Of a stretch of DNA of 64,000 nucleotides, positions 43,301 through 52,220 are shown one piece after another. The DNA lies in NCBI GenBank assembly GCA_017504945.1, contig JAFVQJ010000014.1, forward strand, positions 6,373 to 70,372, in the 5' to 3' direction. The notes beneath the pieces were generated by a model that was not told the origin of the DNA, made no database searches, and saw only the letters and a list, made by a program, of their open reading frames with translations. The position numbers and the translations under genes were made by a program. Numbering within the stretch: position 1 is the first letter of the stretch; every line of letters begins with the position of its first letter. The DNA comes from Clostridia bacterium. Lineage in GTDB: Bacteria > Bacillota > Clostridia > Oscillospirales > RGIG5299.

Positions 43301-43847
43301 ATTCGATACCGAGGTCTATTCCAACACCGGCGGTCAGGCTTCCAAGGCATCGCAGACCGGTCAGCAGGCACTCTTTGCCGCAGGCGGTAAGGCGATGGGC
43401 AAAAAGGACCTCGCCGCTATCGCGATGAGCTACGGCAACGTTTACGTTGCACAGATCGGTATCGGTGCAAACGTTCAGCAGACTCTTAAGGCTCTTATCG
43501 AGGCTGAAAGCTACGACGGTCCCTCCATCATCATCGGCTACGCTCCCTGCGAGATGCACGGTGTTAAGGGCGGTATGACCAACTCTCAGTCGGAGATCAA
43601 GAACGCCGTTGAGGCAGGCTACTGGCACCTCTTCCGCTACGATCCCAGAGCTGCGGCTGAAGGAAAGAATCCCTTCACCCTCGACTCCAAGGAGCCTACC
43701 GGAAATTATAAGGACTTCATCAGAAACGAGGTCCGCTACACCGCACTCGAGCGCGCATTCCCCGAGAGAGCAGAGGTTCTCTTCGAGAAGGCAGAGCAGA
43801 GAGCAAAGGATAAGTACGAAAGACTTTCCAAGAAAGCCTCCGAATAA
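40311..43847 (+). CDS. nifJ: Pyruvate:ferredoxin (flavodoxin) oxidoreductase
   Basis: 1178 aa. N-terminal MDGN.A.A...Y motif, two CxxCxxCxxxCP ferredoxin motifs and a GGDGW TPP motif. Confidence 0.9.
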   Translation: MARKMKTMDGNTAAAHVSYAFTEVAAIYPITPSSVMAELTDSWSANGQKNIFGQEVKVVEMQSEAGAAGAVHGSLSAGALTTTFTASQGLLLMIPNMYKIAGELLPGVIHCSARALATHALSIFGDHSDVMACRQTGFAMLASSNPQEVMDLGAVAHLSAIKGRVPFLHFFDGFRTSHEIQKIEVWDYKDLADMVDMDAVNAFRKTALNPERPIMKGSAQNPDIFFQAREACNPYYDALPAVVEEYMGKVNEKLGTDYKLFNYYGAPDAEKVIVAMGSVCDTAEETIDYMLAKGEKVGLVKVRLYRPFVSSKFVAALPKTVKKIAVLDRSKEPGSIGEPLYLDVMTALNREGVKVDTVVGGRYGLGSKDTTPACIVAAYRNLDAAAPKNDFTVGIVDDVTGHSLDMSENPDTAPAGTISCKFWGLGGDGTVGANKNSIKIIGDHTDMYAQAYFAYDSKKTGGVTISHLRFGKSPIKSTYYVTKADFVACHNPSYLGRYDMVSDVKKGGTFLLNCQWSAEELEAHLPADVKRYIAENDINFYTVNAIEKAREIGLGKRTNTILQSAFFTLANIIPMDDAIKFMKEAAYKSFAKKGDEIVNQNYKAIDAGKDAIVKINVPAEWKNAKDEPVVAEIKTDDEVLKSFAETILMPVNAQKGDTLPVSTFVKSVDGMFPNGLSAFEKRGVAVDVPTWIPENCIQCNQCAIVCPHAAVRPFVLSAAELEAAPAGYKAKKMNGKGVEEYSFSITVSPLDCMGCALCAKACPSKNKALVMKPIGDELKEQASFDYAVAKISDKELPFDVNTVKGSQFKQPLLQFSGACAGCVEPIYAKLITQLFGDRMYIANATGCSSIWGGSAPSTPYCKNKKGHGPAWANSLFEDNAEYGLGMFVGQKQLRERLKGYVTELEATACNEAVKAACADYLATYEDSKTNAAASEKLVEALKACACENDLKKNILENSEYLSKKSVWIFGGDGWAYDIGFGGLDHVIASGENVNIMVFDTEVYSNTGGQASKASQTGQQALFAAGGKAMGKKDLAAIAMSYGNVYVAQIGIGANVQQTLKALIEAESYDGPSIIIGYAPCEMHGVKGGMTNSQSEIKNAVEAGYWHLFRYDPRAAAEGKNPFTLDSKEPTGNYKDFIRNEVRYTALERAFPERAEVLFEKAEQRAKDKYERLSKKASE

Positions 43848-43857
43848 TAATAAAAAC

Positions 43858-43892
43858 GAGATCCCATCTGTGAAAGCAGATGGGATCTTTTT
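43858..43892 (+). terminator. Intrinsic terminator after nifJ
   Basis: GAGATCCCATCTG-TGAAAG-CAGATGGGATCT followed by T5. Confidence 0.75.
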
Positions 43893-43930
43893 ATTTATTA
43901 AAACTTTTTTAAATATTTTTTCGAAAAAAC

Positions 43931-43959
43931 TTTACTATATTCGACAAATATGTTATAAT
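43931..43959 (+). promoter_or_regulatory. Extended -10 promoter of nhaC
   Basis: TTTACT, 17 nt, TATAAT, with the -10 embedded in AAATATGTTATAAT. Confidence 0.45.
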
Positions 43960-43993
43960 TCAGTCAAATACTTTACAGAAAAGGATGTTAATT

Positions 43994-45541
43994 ATGGTTG
44001 GTACTTTTTGGGCATTCGTGCCTGCGATAGTAGCCATCGTTTTGGCACTCGTGTCAAAGCAGGTCTACGTATCGCTCTTCATCGGTATCCTTACCGGTGC
44101 GCTTATGTACACCGGCGGCAATCCCTTGCAGGCTCTCGGTACTCTTTATACCGCAATGAGCGATGCTATCGGCGGAAACGCGCCTATCCTCGTTTTTCTC
44201 GTAGTGCTAGGCATTTTTGTAATACTTATGCAGAAATCCGGCGGCTCGAGAGCATACGGCGATTGGGCAAGAAAGAAGATAAGCTCCAAGAGCGGCGCCT
44301 TGGCTGCAACAGCAGGTCTTGGCTGTCTTATTTTCGTTGACGACTATTTCAACTGCCTCACCGTCGGCTCCGTTATGCGTCCCGTAACCGACAAGTTCAA
44401 GGTATCGCACTCCAAGCTCGCTTGGATAATCGACTCCACCGCGGCTCCCATCTGCATAATCGCTCCCATTTCCTCTTGGGCGGCGGCTGTTTCGGGTCAG
44501 CTCGATGGCAACGGCTTTACCGTATTTATCCAGACCATTCCCTTTAACGTTTACGCTATACTCACCATTATAATGGTATTTGCATTCTGCTTCCTCAAGC
44601 TCGACTTCGGCAAAATGAAGAAAAACGAGCTTATTGCAGAGTCCACCGGCGACCTCAACGCAGGAGAGACCGATCTCCCCACCGATGAGGACACTTCGAT
44701 AATTTCAAACCCCAACGGCAAGGTACGTCATCTTATAATCCCCGTTATCATTCTCATCGCCTGCTGCGTAGGCGGAATGATCTATTCAGGCTTCTTCTAC
44801 GATTGGGAGACCTACACCTACGGCACTGCCGTTCAGTCTGCAAACGTTATTGAGGCCTTTGCAAACTGCGATGCAGGCACCTCGCTCGCTATCGGCTCAA
44901 CGGTTGCGCTTGTCCTCGTTATGATCTACTATATGGCAACCAAGACCATCAGTTTCAAAGAGATAACCGACAGCTTCACCCAGGGCTTCAAAACTATGGT
45001 TCCCGCAATTCTCATTCTCACCTTTGCATGGACCATTTCCTCTATCATGGGCGCAAAGGGCGGCTATCTCGATGCCAAGGCATTCGTTGAGGCAAATATG
45101 GCTGCAATTCCCGCAACCGTTACCGCCTTCTTCCCCGCAATATTCTTTGTTTTGGCTTGCGGCATAGCCTTTGCTACGGGTACCTCTTGGGGCACCTTCG
45201 GCGTTTTGGTTCCCGTTGCCGTTGCAATACTCGGCGGAAGCGGAACTCAGGTTTTCCTCACCGTTTCGGCAACGCTTGGCGGCGCAGTATTCGGCGACCA
45301 CGTTTCGCCCATCTCCGATACCACTATCCTCTCCTCCACGGGCGGCAACTGCAACCATCTTGACCACGTAAGGACACAGCTTCCCTATGCGGGTCTTATT
45401 GCGGGAATCGCCTTCGTTTCCTACATCGTTGCAGGCTTTATGACCTCCTTCGGCTCGTTGGTAACCTGCCTCGTTATGTGGGCGGTAGCACTTGCTATCT
45501 TTGCGGCTGTGGTCATCATTATGAAGGTAAAAAAGAAATAA
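43994..45541 (+). CDS. nhaC: Na+/H+ antiporter NhaC family
   Basis: About 12-TM protein. ATG 43994 is preferred (AAAGGA RBS 9 nt upstream). Confidence 0.75.
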   Translation: MVGTFWAFVPAIVAIVLALVSKQVYVSLFIGILTGALMYTGGNPLQALGTLYTAMSDAIGGNAPILVFLVVLGIFVILMQKSGGSRAYGDWARKKISSKSGALAATAGLGCLIFVDDYFNCLTVGSVMRPVTDKFKVSHSKLAWIIDSTAAPICIIAPISSWAAAVSGQLDGNGFTVFIQTIPFNVYAILTIIMVFAFCFLKLDFGKMKKNELIAESTGDLNAGETDLPTDEDTSIISNPNGKVRHLIIPVIILIACCVGGMIYSGFFYDWETYTYGTAVQSANVIEAFANCDAGTSLAIGSTVALVLVMIYYMATKTISFKEITDSFTQGFKTMVPAILILTFAWTISSIMGAKGGYLDAKAFVEANMAAIPATVTAFFPAIFFVLACGIAFATGTSWGTFGVLVPVAVAILGGSGTQVFLTVSATLGGAVFGDHVSPISDTTILSSTGGNCNHLDHVRTQLPYAGLIAGIAFVSYIVAGFMTSFGSLVTCLVMWAVALAIFAAVVIIMKVKKK

Positions 45542-45554
45542 TTATCCTGTAAAA

Positions 45555-45588
45555 TAAAAAAACAGCACCGAGCGGTGCTGTTTTTTTA
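45555..45588. terminator. Bidirectional terminator between convergent nhaC and the GH4 gene
   Basis: AACAGCACC-GAGC-GGTGCTGTT flanked by A7 and T7. Confidence 0.75.
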
Positions 45589-45593
45589 TTTTA

Positions 45594-46889
45594 TCAGTCG
45601 TAAACGGGGAGCCAATCCTTGTGAGCCTCGATGAGATCGTCGCAAAGCGATCTGATATCGTCAAGCGAAAGCTCTGCCTTGGTGTGCGGATCGAGATAAG
45701 CCGCCATATAAACGTCCGCTCTCTTGTGGCTTACCGCCGCCTTTATCGTCATAAGCTGAACGTCGATATTTGTGTTGCAAAGGGCGGCAAGCTGAATGGG
45801 AAGCTCGCCCACGAAGCAGGGATTTATGCCGTTGTTATCGACCATTATCGGAACCTCAACGCAGGCGTTTCCGTTTAGGTTGGTAATAAGCCCCGTGTTT
45901 AAAACGTTGCCGTGTATCCTGCAGGGAACGCCCGTTTCACACGCCTCTATTATGCGCGAGCCGTATTCCTTCGAGCGGGTATGAGTTACCTCGCTGCCGT
46001 TGTATATCTCCTCCCACTGCTTTTTCCAGCCTGCTATCTGGCTCACACAGCGGCGGGGATATTCGTCGAGCGGAATATTGTATTTTTCAATAAGCTCGGG
46101 ATATTTATCCTTTATATAATAGGGGTGATATTCCGCGGTATGCTCGCTCGACTCGGTGTTGTAATATCCGAAGCGGTTCATCATATCAAGACGTACGAGG
46201 TCGCCCTTCGGCATTTTCTCGTTAAAGCGCTCCTTTAATTCGGGGTAAAGGTCAACGCCGTTTTTGTCCTTAAGCTCAAGCAGCCAAGCCATATGGTTTA
46301 TGCCCGCTATCTTCCAATCGGCGTCGTTTAATTTCGGCATATCGAGCGATCTTGCAAGATCGGGAACGCAGGACTGGACAGAGTGGCAAAGTCCCACCGT
46401 TTTTATCTTGGTGTATCTCTGCATATAGCCGGTGAGGATAGCCATGGGGTTGACGTAGTTTAGAAGAAGAACGTCTGGACATACCTTTTCCATAATTTCG
46501 GCGTATTTTTTCATTACCTCGATGGTGCGAAGTCCTCTGAAAATGCCGCCTATGCCGAGCGTGTCGGCAATGGTCTGACGAAGCCCGTATTTTTTGGGTA
46601 TTTCAAAATCGGTAACGGTGCAGGGCTCGTAGCCGCCTACCTGAATGGCGTTGATTATGTAATTTGCATCGGTAAAGGCTGAAACGGGGTCGAGATGCTT
46701 TTCTATTTTAACGGTGGGATTGTATCTGTCGCGAAGCGCCGAAATGACGGCGTATGACTCGCCGAGCCTTTCCTCGTCGATATCGTAGAGCGCTATCTCG
46801 AAATCCTTGAGATTTTCACTCAGCATACAGTCGCCCAAGACGTTTTTTGCAAAAACGGTGGAGCCTGCGCCCAAAAAGGTTATTTTCAT
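45594..46889 (-). CDS. Glycoside hydrolase family 4 (alpha-galactosidase/alpha-glucosidase, NAD- and Mn-dependent)
   Basis: Start at MKITFLGAGS (Rossmann motif). GLCHS and INH motifs. Confidence 0.8.
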   Translation of the reverse strand: MKITFLGAGSTVFAKNVLGDCMLSENLKDFEIALYDIDEERLGESYAVISALRDRYNPTVKIEKHLDPVSAFTDANYIINAIQVGGYEPCTVTDFEIPKKYGLRQTIADTLGIGGIFRGLRTIEVMKKYAEIMEKVCPDVLLLNYVNPMAILTGYMQRYTKIKTVGLCHSVQSCVPDLARSLDMPKLNDADWKIAGINHMAWLLELKDKNGVDLYPELKERFNEKMPKGDLVRLDMMNRFGYYNTESSEHTAEYHPYYIKDKYPELIEKYNIPLDEYPRRCVSQIAGWKKQWEEIYNGSEVTHTRSKEYGSRIIEACETGVPCRIHGNVLNTGLITNLNGNACVEVPIMVDNNGINPCFVGELPIQLAALCNTNIDVQLMTIKAAVSHKRADVYMAAYLDPHTKAELSLDDIRSLCDDLIEAHKDWLPVYD

Positions 46890-46987
46890 TTTGATATCTC
46901 CTTTTGACGTTATAAAAAGATTATAGCATTTTAAAAAGAAAAATGCAATATTTAAAATGACCTCTGCCAAGACAGAGGTCATTGTTT

Positions 46988-49138
46988 TTATTTTGAAATA
47001 AAGGTCGCGGTGCCGCCGTAGAGATACTGCTGTGCCGAAGCGCCTAAAAGCGCGGCGTCGTCAGCGGCGGTGCGATCGCAGTCAAGACCGTTTATGATAT
47101 CGGCAAAATATGCGATAAAGAGGTCTCCGTTTACCGTTATCCTCTGCCCCTTAAGGCTTGCTACCGACTCTGAAACGGTGAGTCTTACGGTGTTGTAGTT
47201 TACCTTTTCAAGAGCCGTTACGGTGTAGCCGTCAAGCGAGATATCCTTTTTGTCGGGGCTTATTGCAAGCATGGGGAAGCACTCTCCGCCGAAGGTAACG
47301 TCAACAGTATTGTTGCCCGACTTTACCGCGGTGGCGTTTATATCGGGAATAAACTGAAGGAAATCCATTTCGATGGAGCCGCCCGATGACGAGGGCTTGT
47401 AAATGAGAAGTATATCGGTCATATTTCCCGCTATCTGCTCGCTTGAGAGGGGAAGGAGGTAAACGCCTGCGCCGTTTATCTTTATCTCTTTACTCTGCGT
47501 TACACCCTCCGCGGTTTTATACTGACAGTATAAAACGCCCTTTGCATCGTTTGCAACGCTTACTACCGCCTGATTGTAGCAGTAGCCGTTTATGGGAAGA
47601 GTAAGGAGCGTTGCTGCCGTTTTGCCCTCTGCGGTAAGAATTGCCTTTCCGCCCGAAACGTTGAAGCTACCGGTGTGGGCAACAAAGCCCTCGCCGTTTC
47701 CGTCCTTATTAAAGGAGAACCTCGTGCGGTATTCGGTGAGATATTTCGTGGTATTGCCCGAAATTACGGTGCCGCCCAAATTTCCCTGCTCGCCCAAATT
47801 TCCGTAGAACTTCGTCTTGCCGCCGTTTGCTCTTTCGGGAGAAAAGAAGAAGTTATCGGTGAGGAAAATATTGTCTTTGCCGTTTTTGTTGTAAAGGATC
47901 ACGTCGAAATTATAGCCCGCGTTTTTGGTTCTTCTCATATTTCCGTAGAAGAGGTTACGGGAAAGAGTTATCGAATCGTGAGCCTGCGGATCGGGAAGCT
48001 GCATAAAGAGTATGCCGCCCGAATCGTTGTGGTGAAGAACGTTGTCGATGAAGTTGATGTGATTGCAGGCGTATTCAAAGTCGAAGCCGCAACCGTCGTT
48101 TTCGCCGAGATTGTATTCATAGGCAAATTCGCAGTTTGAAACGGTAACGTTGTCAACGTCTCCGAGGAAGCTGCCGCAGGTGCCGCCGAAGAAGGTGTAA
48201 TTCTCGCTGCCACCCATAAGCCTTGCTCTGTTTACCGTTATATTTTTGCAGTTTGCCGAAAAACGCACGATGCCGCCGTAGGAGCCGGTATTGATAACGT
48301 CGTGGATATTTACGTTATCCATACGGATTCCCTCAATGCCGACGACGGCGTTATCCATAACCACGTTGTATATCTCAACGTCGGAAAAGATCTTGCTGCT
48401 GTGGCCCGAGAAGCGAATTGCCGTTGCAAGAAGCCATTCGCCCGCGCCGCCGCCCGTGGGCTCGACCTTCATCGAGTTTTTGTTTACCTTGGGAAGATCG
48501 CCCTTGGGAAGATCGCCAAGCTCGTTCATCTTGTCAACGCTGCCGCCGTTTTCCGTTGCAAGCTGACGGAGTATCTCGTCGCACCAGATCTCCGCGATGT
48601 CGCAGTTTCTGATAATGAGCCCCTTGTTTTCAGCCGACATCTCCTCTCTTACGTAGATGCCGAGGTAGGCGTTTCGAAGGTCAAGCTCTTCAACGATGAT
48701 GTTGGTGTTGGCGTTGAGCTTTTCAAACTCGCTGTCGCCTCCGCCGAAAACGTTGATATCGGAGATGAGCAGACAGATATCGTTGATGGTATTGTTAAGC
48801 TTGATGATAGGCTTGGGAGCCTTTTTGTCGCCGTAGGAGGAAACGGTAACGGGATTTTTCTCGTCGCCGCCGCCGTATATCTCAAGGCGCTCGTTCCACA
48901 CGTCGCCGCGCTTTAAAAGGACCTTGTCGCCGGGCTGTAAAACGAGGCTGTTTATCTTCTCAAAGCTTTTCCATGCGCTTCCCTTCGAGGTGCCGCTGTT
49001 TGAGTCGTTACCCGAGGACGAGCTGATATAATAGGTGGTTCCCGCAGATGAGCACGAGGTCGACATTATCATCACTCCAAGCAAGGTAGAAATAAGTAAA
49101 ATTGCCGAAAGAAAAAGCGAAATGAATCTTTTTTGCAA
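46988..49138 (-). CDS. Secreted right-handed parallel beta-helix protein (polysaccharide lyase/hydrolase-like)
   Basis: Proposed TTG start at 49138 (LQKRFISLF.. signal or lipoprotein-like ..STSC). YYISSSSGNDSNSGTS N-terminal motif typical of beta-helix enzymes. Confidence 0.6.
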   Translation of the reverse strand: MQKRFISLFLSAILLISTLLGVMIMSTSCSSAGTTYYISSSSGNDSNSGTSKGSAWKSFEKINSLVLQPGDKVLLKRGDVWNERLEIYGGGDEKNPVTVSSYGDKKAPKPIIKLNNTINDICLLISDINVFGGGDSEFEKLNANTNIIVEELDLRNAYLGIYVREEMSAENKGLIIRNCDIAEIWCDEILRQLATENGGSVDKMNELGDLPKGDLPKVNKNSMKVEPTGGGAGEWLLATAIRFSGHSSKIFSDVEIYNVVMDNAVVGIEGIRMDNVNIHDVINTGSYGGIVRFSANCKNITVNRARLMGGSENYTFFGGTCGSFLGDVDNVTVSNCEFAYEYNLGENDGCGFDFEYACNHINFIDNVLHHNDSGGILFMQLPDPQAHDSITLSRNLFYGNMRRTKNAGYNFDVILYNKNGKDNIFLTDNFFFSPERANGGKTKFYGNLGEQGNLGGTVISGNTTKYLTEYRTRFSFNKDGNGEGFVAHTGSFNVSGGKAILTAEGKTAATLLTLPINGYCYNQAVVSVANDAKGVLYCQYKTAEGVTQSKEIKINGAGVYLLPLSSEQIAGNMTDILLIYKPSSSGGSIEMDFLQFIPDINATAVKSGNNTVDVTFGGECFPMLAISPDKKDISLDGYTVTALEKVNYNTVRLTVSESVASLKGQRITVNGDLFIAYFADIINGLDCDRTAADDAALLGASAQQYLYGGTATFISK

Positions 49139-49498
49139 TGCGATCTTTCCTTTCCGAATGTTAATAAATGAATTATAACAGAAAAAAATATCAAAAACAA
49201 GGGCAAAAAAGCAAATGAGCAATTTTTTAACATAAAGAGCAATAAAGTGTAAAAAACTCGAATGGCGGCAAGGGGGTATGCCGCACAAAACAAGACGCGG
49301 TGACAAATTGGTAAATAATGGTAAACGCTATAGCAAAGCAAAAGGAGAGTTATGCCATATTGCATAAAAATCGGGGCAAAAAGGCAAGAAAGCTATGGCT
49401 TTATCAGTAGCATAAAAAGAGGAAAATCAGTTTGGTATTTTGTAAAAATATGGTAAAATTCAGTTCACAGTAAAAAAATTGTGAAAGAGTGGTAGATT

Positions 49499-50269
49499 AT
49501 GCAAAAATTCAAGGTAGTTATTCTCGACGACAGCACGACCTTCAGAAATCAAATGTCAATAGAGCTTCACCGAAAGGGAATAGAGGTGGTGGGAGCCAGC
49601 GGCAACGGCGAGGAGGGAGTTAAGCTGATAAGAGAGGAGCGTCCCGACGTCGTTGTTACCGACATACTTCTTTCGGGCATCGACGGCATAGGCGTTATCA
49701 AAAGGGTAAAGGAGGAAAACCTTCGCCGCGCACCGGTATTTATAATTGCAACAAAGCTCTCGAGCGATTATCTTATGAAGGAGGCAAACGTTCTCGGAGT
49801 GGGATACTATCTTTTAAAGCCGTTTGACGCCGAAACGCTCTGCGAGAGGATCGAGAAGCTTATGGGAGCAAGGCAGGGAAAGGAGATAACGGAAATTGAA
49901 TCGGCGTTTACGGGTGAGATAGAGCGCGAGGTCACCGATTGCATTCTGGAGCTCGGTATTCCCGCCCATATTAAAGGATATTATTACATAAGAACGGCAA
50001 TAATTATGTCGGTTGAAAATCCCGAGCTGCTCCACGCGGTAACGAAGATACTATATCCCACCATTGCAAAGAAGTTTCAAACGACGCCCTCGCGCGTTGA
50101 ACGCGCAATACGCCACGCGATAGAGGTATCGTGGGAGAGAGGCGATATTGAAAAGCTGCAGTCGGTGTTCGGCTACACCGTTTCGGTAAACAAGGGAAAG
50201 CCCACAAATTCGGAGTTTATCGCCCTTCTTGCCGATAAATTAAGACTAAAGCATAAAATAGCGGTTTAA
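49499..50269 (+). CDS. spo0A: Sporulation master regulator Spo0A
   Basis: Receiver domain (ILDD...D) plus a Spo0A-specific C-terminal domain (KGY.Y...[19 protein letters not shown]). Confidence 0.9.
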   Translation: MQKFKVVILDDSTTFRNQMSIELHRKGIEVVGASGNGEEGVKLIREERPDVVVTDILLSGIDGIGVIKRVKEENLRRAPVFIIATKLSSDYLMKEANVLGVGYYLLKPFDAETLCERIEKLMGARQGKEITEIESAFTGEIEREVTDCILELGIPAHIKGYYYIRTAIIMSVENPELLHAVTKILYPTIAKKFQTTPSRVERAIRHAIEVSWERGDIEKLQSVFGYTVSVNKGKPTNSEFIALLADKLRLKHKIAV

Positions 50270-50275
50270 GAAGCT

Positions 50276-50306
50276 CCCGTCGGAATATCCGACGGGATTT
50301 TTTTGT
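50276..50306 (+). terminator. Intrinsic terminator after spo0A
   Basis: TCCCGTCGG-AATAT-CCGACGGGA followed by T7. Confidence 0.8.
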
Positions 50307-50364
50307 TGCAATGAAAAGTGAAATATGATATTATATAACCATAAAAAGATCGGAGAAAGAAGAA

Positions 50365-50715
50365 ATGAAAAGCATAAACGGAAGATCTCTCGTTTTTTCG
50401 GCTGTGTTTTTTCTCATAATTTCAGTTTTGCCCGTGGCAATGATAAAGCTCATAGGCTTTTTGTTTACGGACGAGGTGGCCTCGGTGCTTTTGCAGCTTA
50501 CAGACTCGTTTACCGTCCCGCCCTTTGCAGTTTCGCTTTTACTTGCGGCGATATTTTATCTTTTCAATGCAAAAAAAGAAGCTCGAAAATGGCAAAAGGC
50601 GGTTTTTTATCCTGTGTTTTGCCTTATCTCTTTTGCGGTATCGCTTCTTCTGACCACCGTTAACGGCGTGCCCGTTTTCGTGGTCTTAAAGGCGGCTGTG
50701 GAGGTGTTTATATGA
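50365..50715 (+). CDS. Small membrane protein, unknown function
   Basis: 116 aa with 3-4 hydrophobic helices. Overlaps the next gene by 4 nt. Confidence 0.5.
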   Translation: MKSINGRSLVFSAVFFLIISVLPVAMIKLIGFLFTDEVASVLLQLTDSFTVPPFAVSLLLAAIFYLFNAKKEARKWQKAVFYPVFCLISFAVSLLLTTVNGVPVFVVLKAAVEVFI

Positions 50716-52130
50716 AAAAGGCGGCATTGATAATTATCTCTCTTGTTCTTCTCTTTTCGCTCTTTTCGGGCTGTGCCGTTAACAGCGGCATAAGCGGCTT
50801 TTCCGAAAAAGGAGAAAGCTTTTTTGCGGGCTTCGGAAAGTGCGAGATAAAAATACCCGATTACGAGCCCTTGTATATTGCCGGTTACCGAAACGGCTAC
50901 GAAATAACGGGGGTGCTTGACCCGCTTTATTCCCGTGCAGTTGCCCTTTCGGTGGGCGGTAAAACAATCGTTGCCGTCGCAGTCGATTGCGTGGGACTTG
51001 TTTCCGGCACGGTAAATGATATAAAGCGCGAAATGAAAAAGAACCCCTTGCTTTCAGAGGTTGAAATAACGGTAAGCGCCACCCACACTCACGCGGGAAT
51101 CGATACGATGGGTCTTTGGGGAAAAGTCGCAGAGGACGGTAAAAGCCCCGCTTTTATGGAAGCGGTAAAGGCGTCTGCGGTGGCTGCGGCGGTTGCGGCT
51201 GCTTCCGATATGAGAGAGGGAAGCCTTTATTTTTCAAAGGCCTCGGTAAAGGAGCTCCTTTACGATTCAAGAATGCCAAAGGCTTATGATGAAAACGTCT
51301 ATCAGATAAGATTTGAGCCGAGTGACGGCGTTGCGGGCTTTCGCATAATAAATCTCGGGGCGCACGCCGAGGCGCTTCGCTCTGAAAACACCCTCGCAAG
51401 TCCCGATTATCCCGCACACACGGGCAAATATATCTTCGAAAAAACGGGTGACGAATATATTTATTTCGCAGGGGCGCTCGGAGGTCTTATCTATACGAAA
51501 ATGCAAAAGGACGCAAACGGCGTCGAGCTTGCCCCAACCGAAAACGTGAAGAAAACGGGAGAAAGGATAGGGGCGGCGCTCCTTTCGGTAACGGAGGAAA
51601 GGAAGCTTTCTCCGACCCTTTCCTTTGCAACGGTGTCGGTGACGCTTCCGATTGAAAACAACACCTTCGTTGCCCTTCGTGCCCTCGGAGTTCTCGAAAA
51701 CGAGTTTGTTTACAACGGCGCGGGCAAGCTCGGAGTGTCGGCAAAAAGCAGACTTTCGCTTTTGAGAATAGGGGAGGTAACGGCGGCGTTGGTTCCCGGA
51801 GAGCTTTTCCCCGAGCTTGCCTACGGACTTCCCGAATTCACCGAGTTTTATCCGGTGAACGGACGTGTTAAAAACCCAAAAACCTTCAAGGAGATTTTAA
51901 ATACCGACGAATTTCTCGTTTTCGGTCTTACCGACGACGAAATAGGGTATATCGTGCCGCCCAATGATTTTCTTCTTCACGAAAGCTCTCCCTATCTGGA
52001 GGAGGCGCGTGACGGCTACGGCAGAAATCATTACGAGGAAACGAATTCGCTTTCTCCACACACCGCGGGGCTTATTGCAAAAGCCCTTGAAGAGCTTGCG
52101 GCATCGCCCTTTATGAGTAAAAGAGGCTGA
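50712..52130 (+). CDS. Lipoprotein, neutral/alkaline ceramidase-like N-terminal domain
   Basis: Lipobox FSGC. The IAGY...G..DPLY.RA and SATHTHAG motifs resemble the ceramidase family. Confidence 0.5.
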   Translation: MKKAALIIISLVLLFSLFSGCAVNSGISGFSEKGESFFAGFGKCEIKIPDYEPLYIAGYRNGYEITGVLDPLYSRAVALSVGGKTIVAVAVDCVGLVSGTVNDIKREMKKNPLLSEVEITVSATHTHAGIDTMGLWGKVAEDGKSPAFMEAVKASAVAAAVAAASDMREGSLYFSKASVKELLYDSRMPKAYDENVYQIRFEPSDGVAGFRIINLGAHAEALRSENTLASPDYPAHTGKYIFEKTGDEYIYFAGALGGLIYTKMQKDANGVELAPTENVKKTGERIGAALLSVTEERKLSPTLSFATVSVTLPIENNTFVALRALGVLENEFVYNGAGKLGVSAKSRLSLLRIGEVTAALVPGELFPELAYGLPEFTEFYPVNGRVKNPKTFKEILNTDEFLVFGLTDDEIGYIVPPNDFLLHESSPYLEEARDGYGRNHYEETNSLSPHTAGLIAKALEELAASPFMSKRG

Positions 52131-52171
52131 TAAACCCGAAAAATTTTCATTTGTCCACGTTTTTTCAATGG

Positions 52172-52199
52172 TTGAAATTCACAAAAAATATGTTATAAT
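52172..52199 (+). promoter_or_regulatory. Extended -10 promoter of the 618-aa lipoprotein gene
   Basis: TTGAAA, 16 nt, TATAAT, within AAATATGTTATAAT. Confidence 0.5.
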
Positions 52200-52220
52200 G
52201 AAACCAAAGGAGATGATATT

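Noticed and set aside
42285-43628. 447-aa ORF antisense to the pyruvate:ferredoxin oxidoreductase gene. Other long antisense ORFs are 40932..41642, 30290..30970, 32310..32948, 25711..26208 and 528..1052.
   Set aside because: These are shadow ORFs on the opposite strand of well-supported genes. Their composition is low complexity (G/C/V/A/L-rich). They have no RBS, promoter or recognisable motifs.
43941-43947. Spo0A box (TTCGACA) in the nhaC promoter.
   Set aside because: This is a single 7-mer match, and several are expected by chance in 64 kb on two strands. There are no clustered boxes.
49139-49306. N-terminal extension of the 772-aa ORF (MSPRLVLCG...).
   Set aside because: The extension has no signal-peptide logic and covers a TGTTATAAT promoter-like element. 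A TTG at 49138 with an upstream GGAAAGGAAAG gives a normal signal peptide, so I used the shorter model.
49307-49498. Sigma-H/sigma-A dual promoter and 0A boxes upstream of spo0A.
   Set aside because: Only a TGgTAAAAT extended -10-like element with a poor -35 could be seen. I found no convincing sigma-H (..AGGA..GAAT..) match, so I do not call it.
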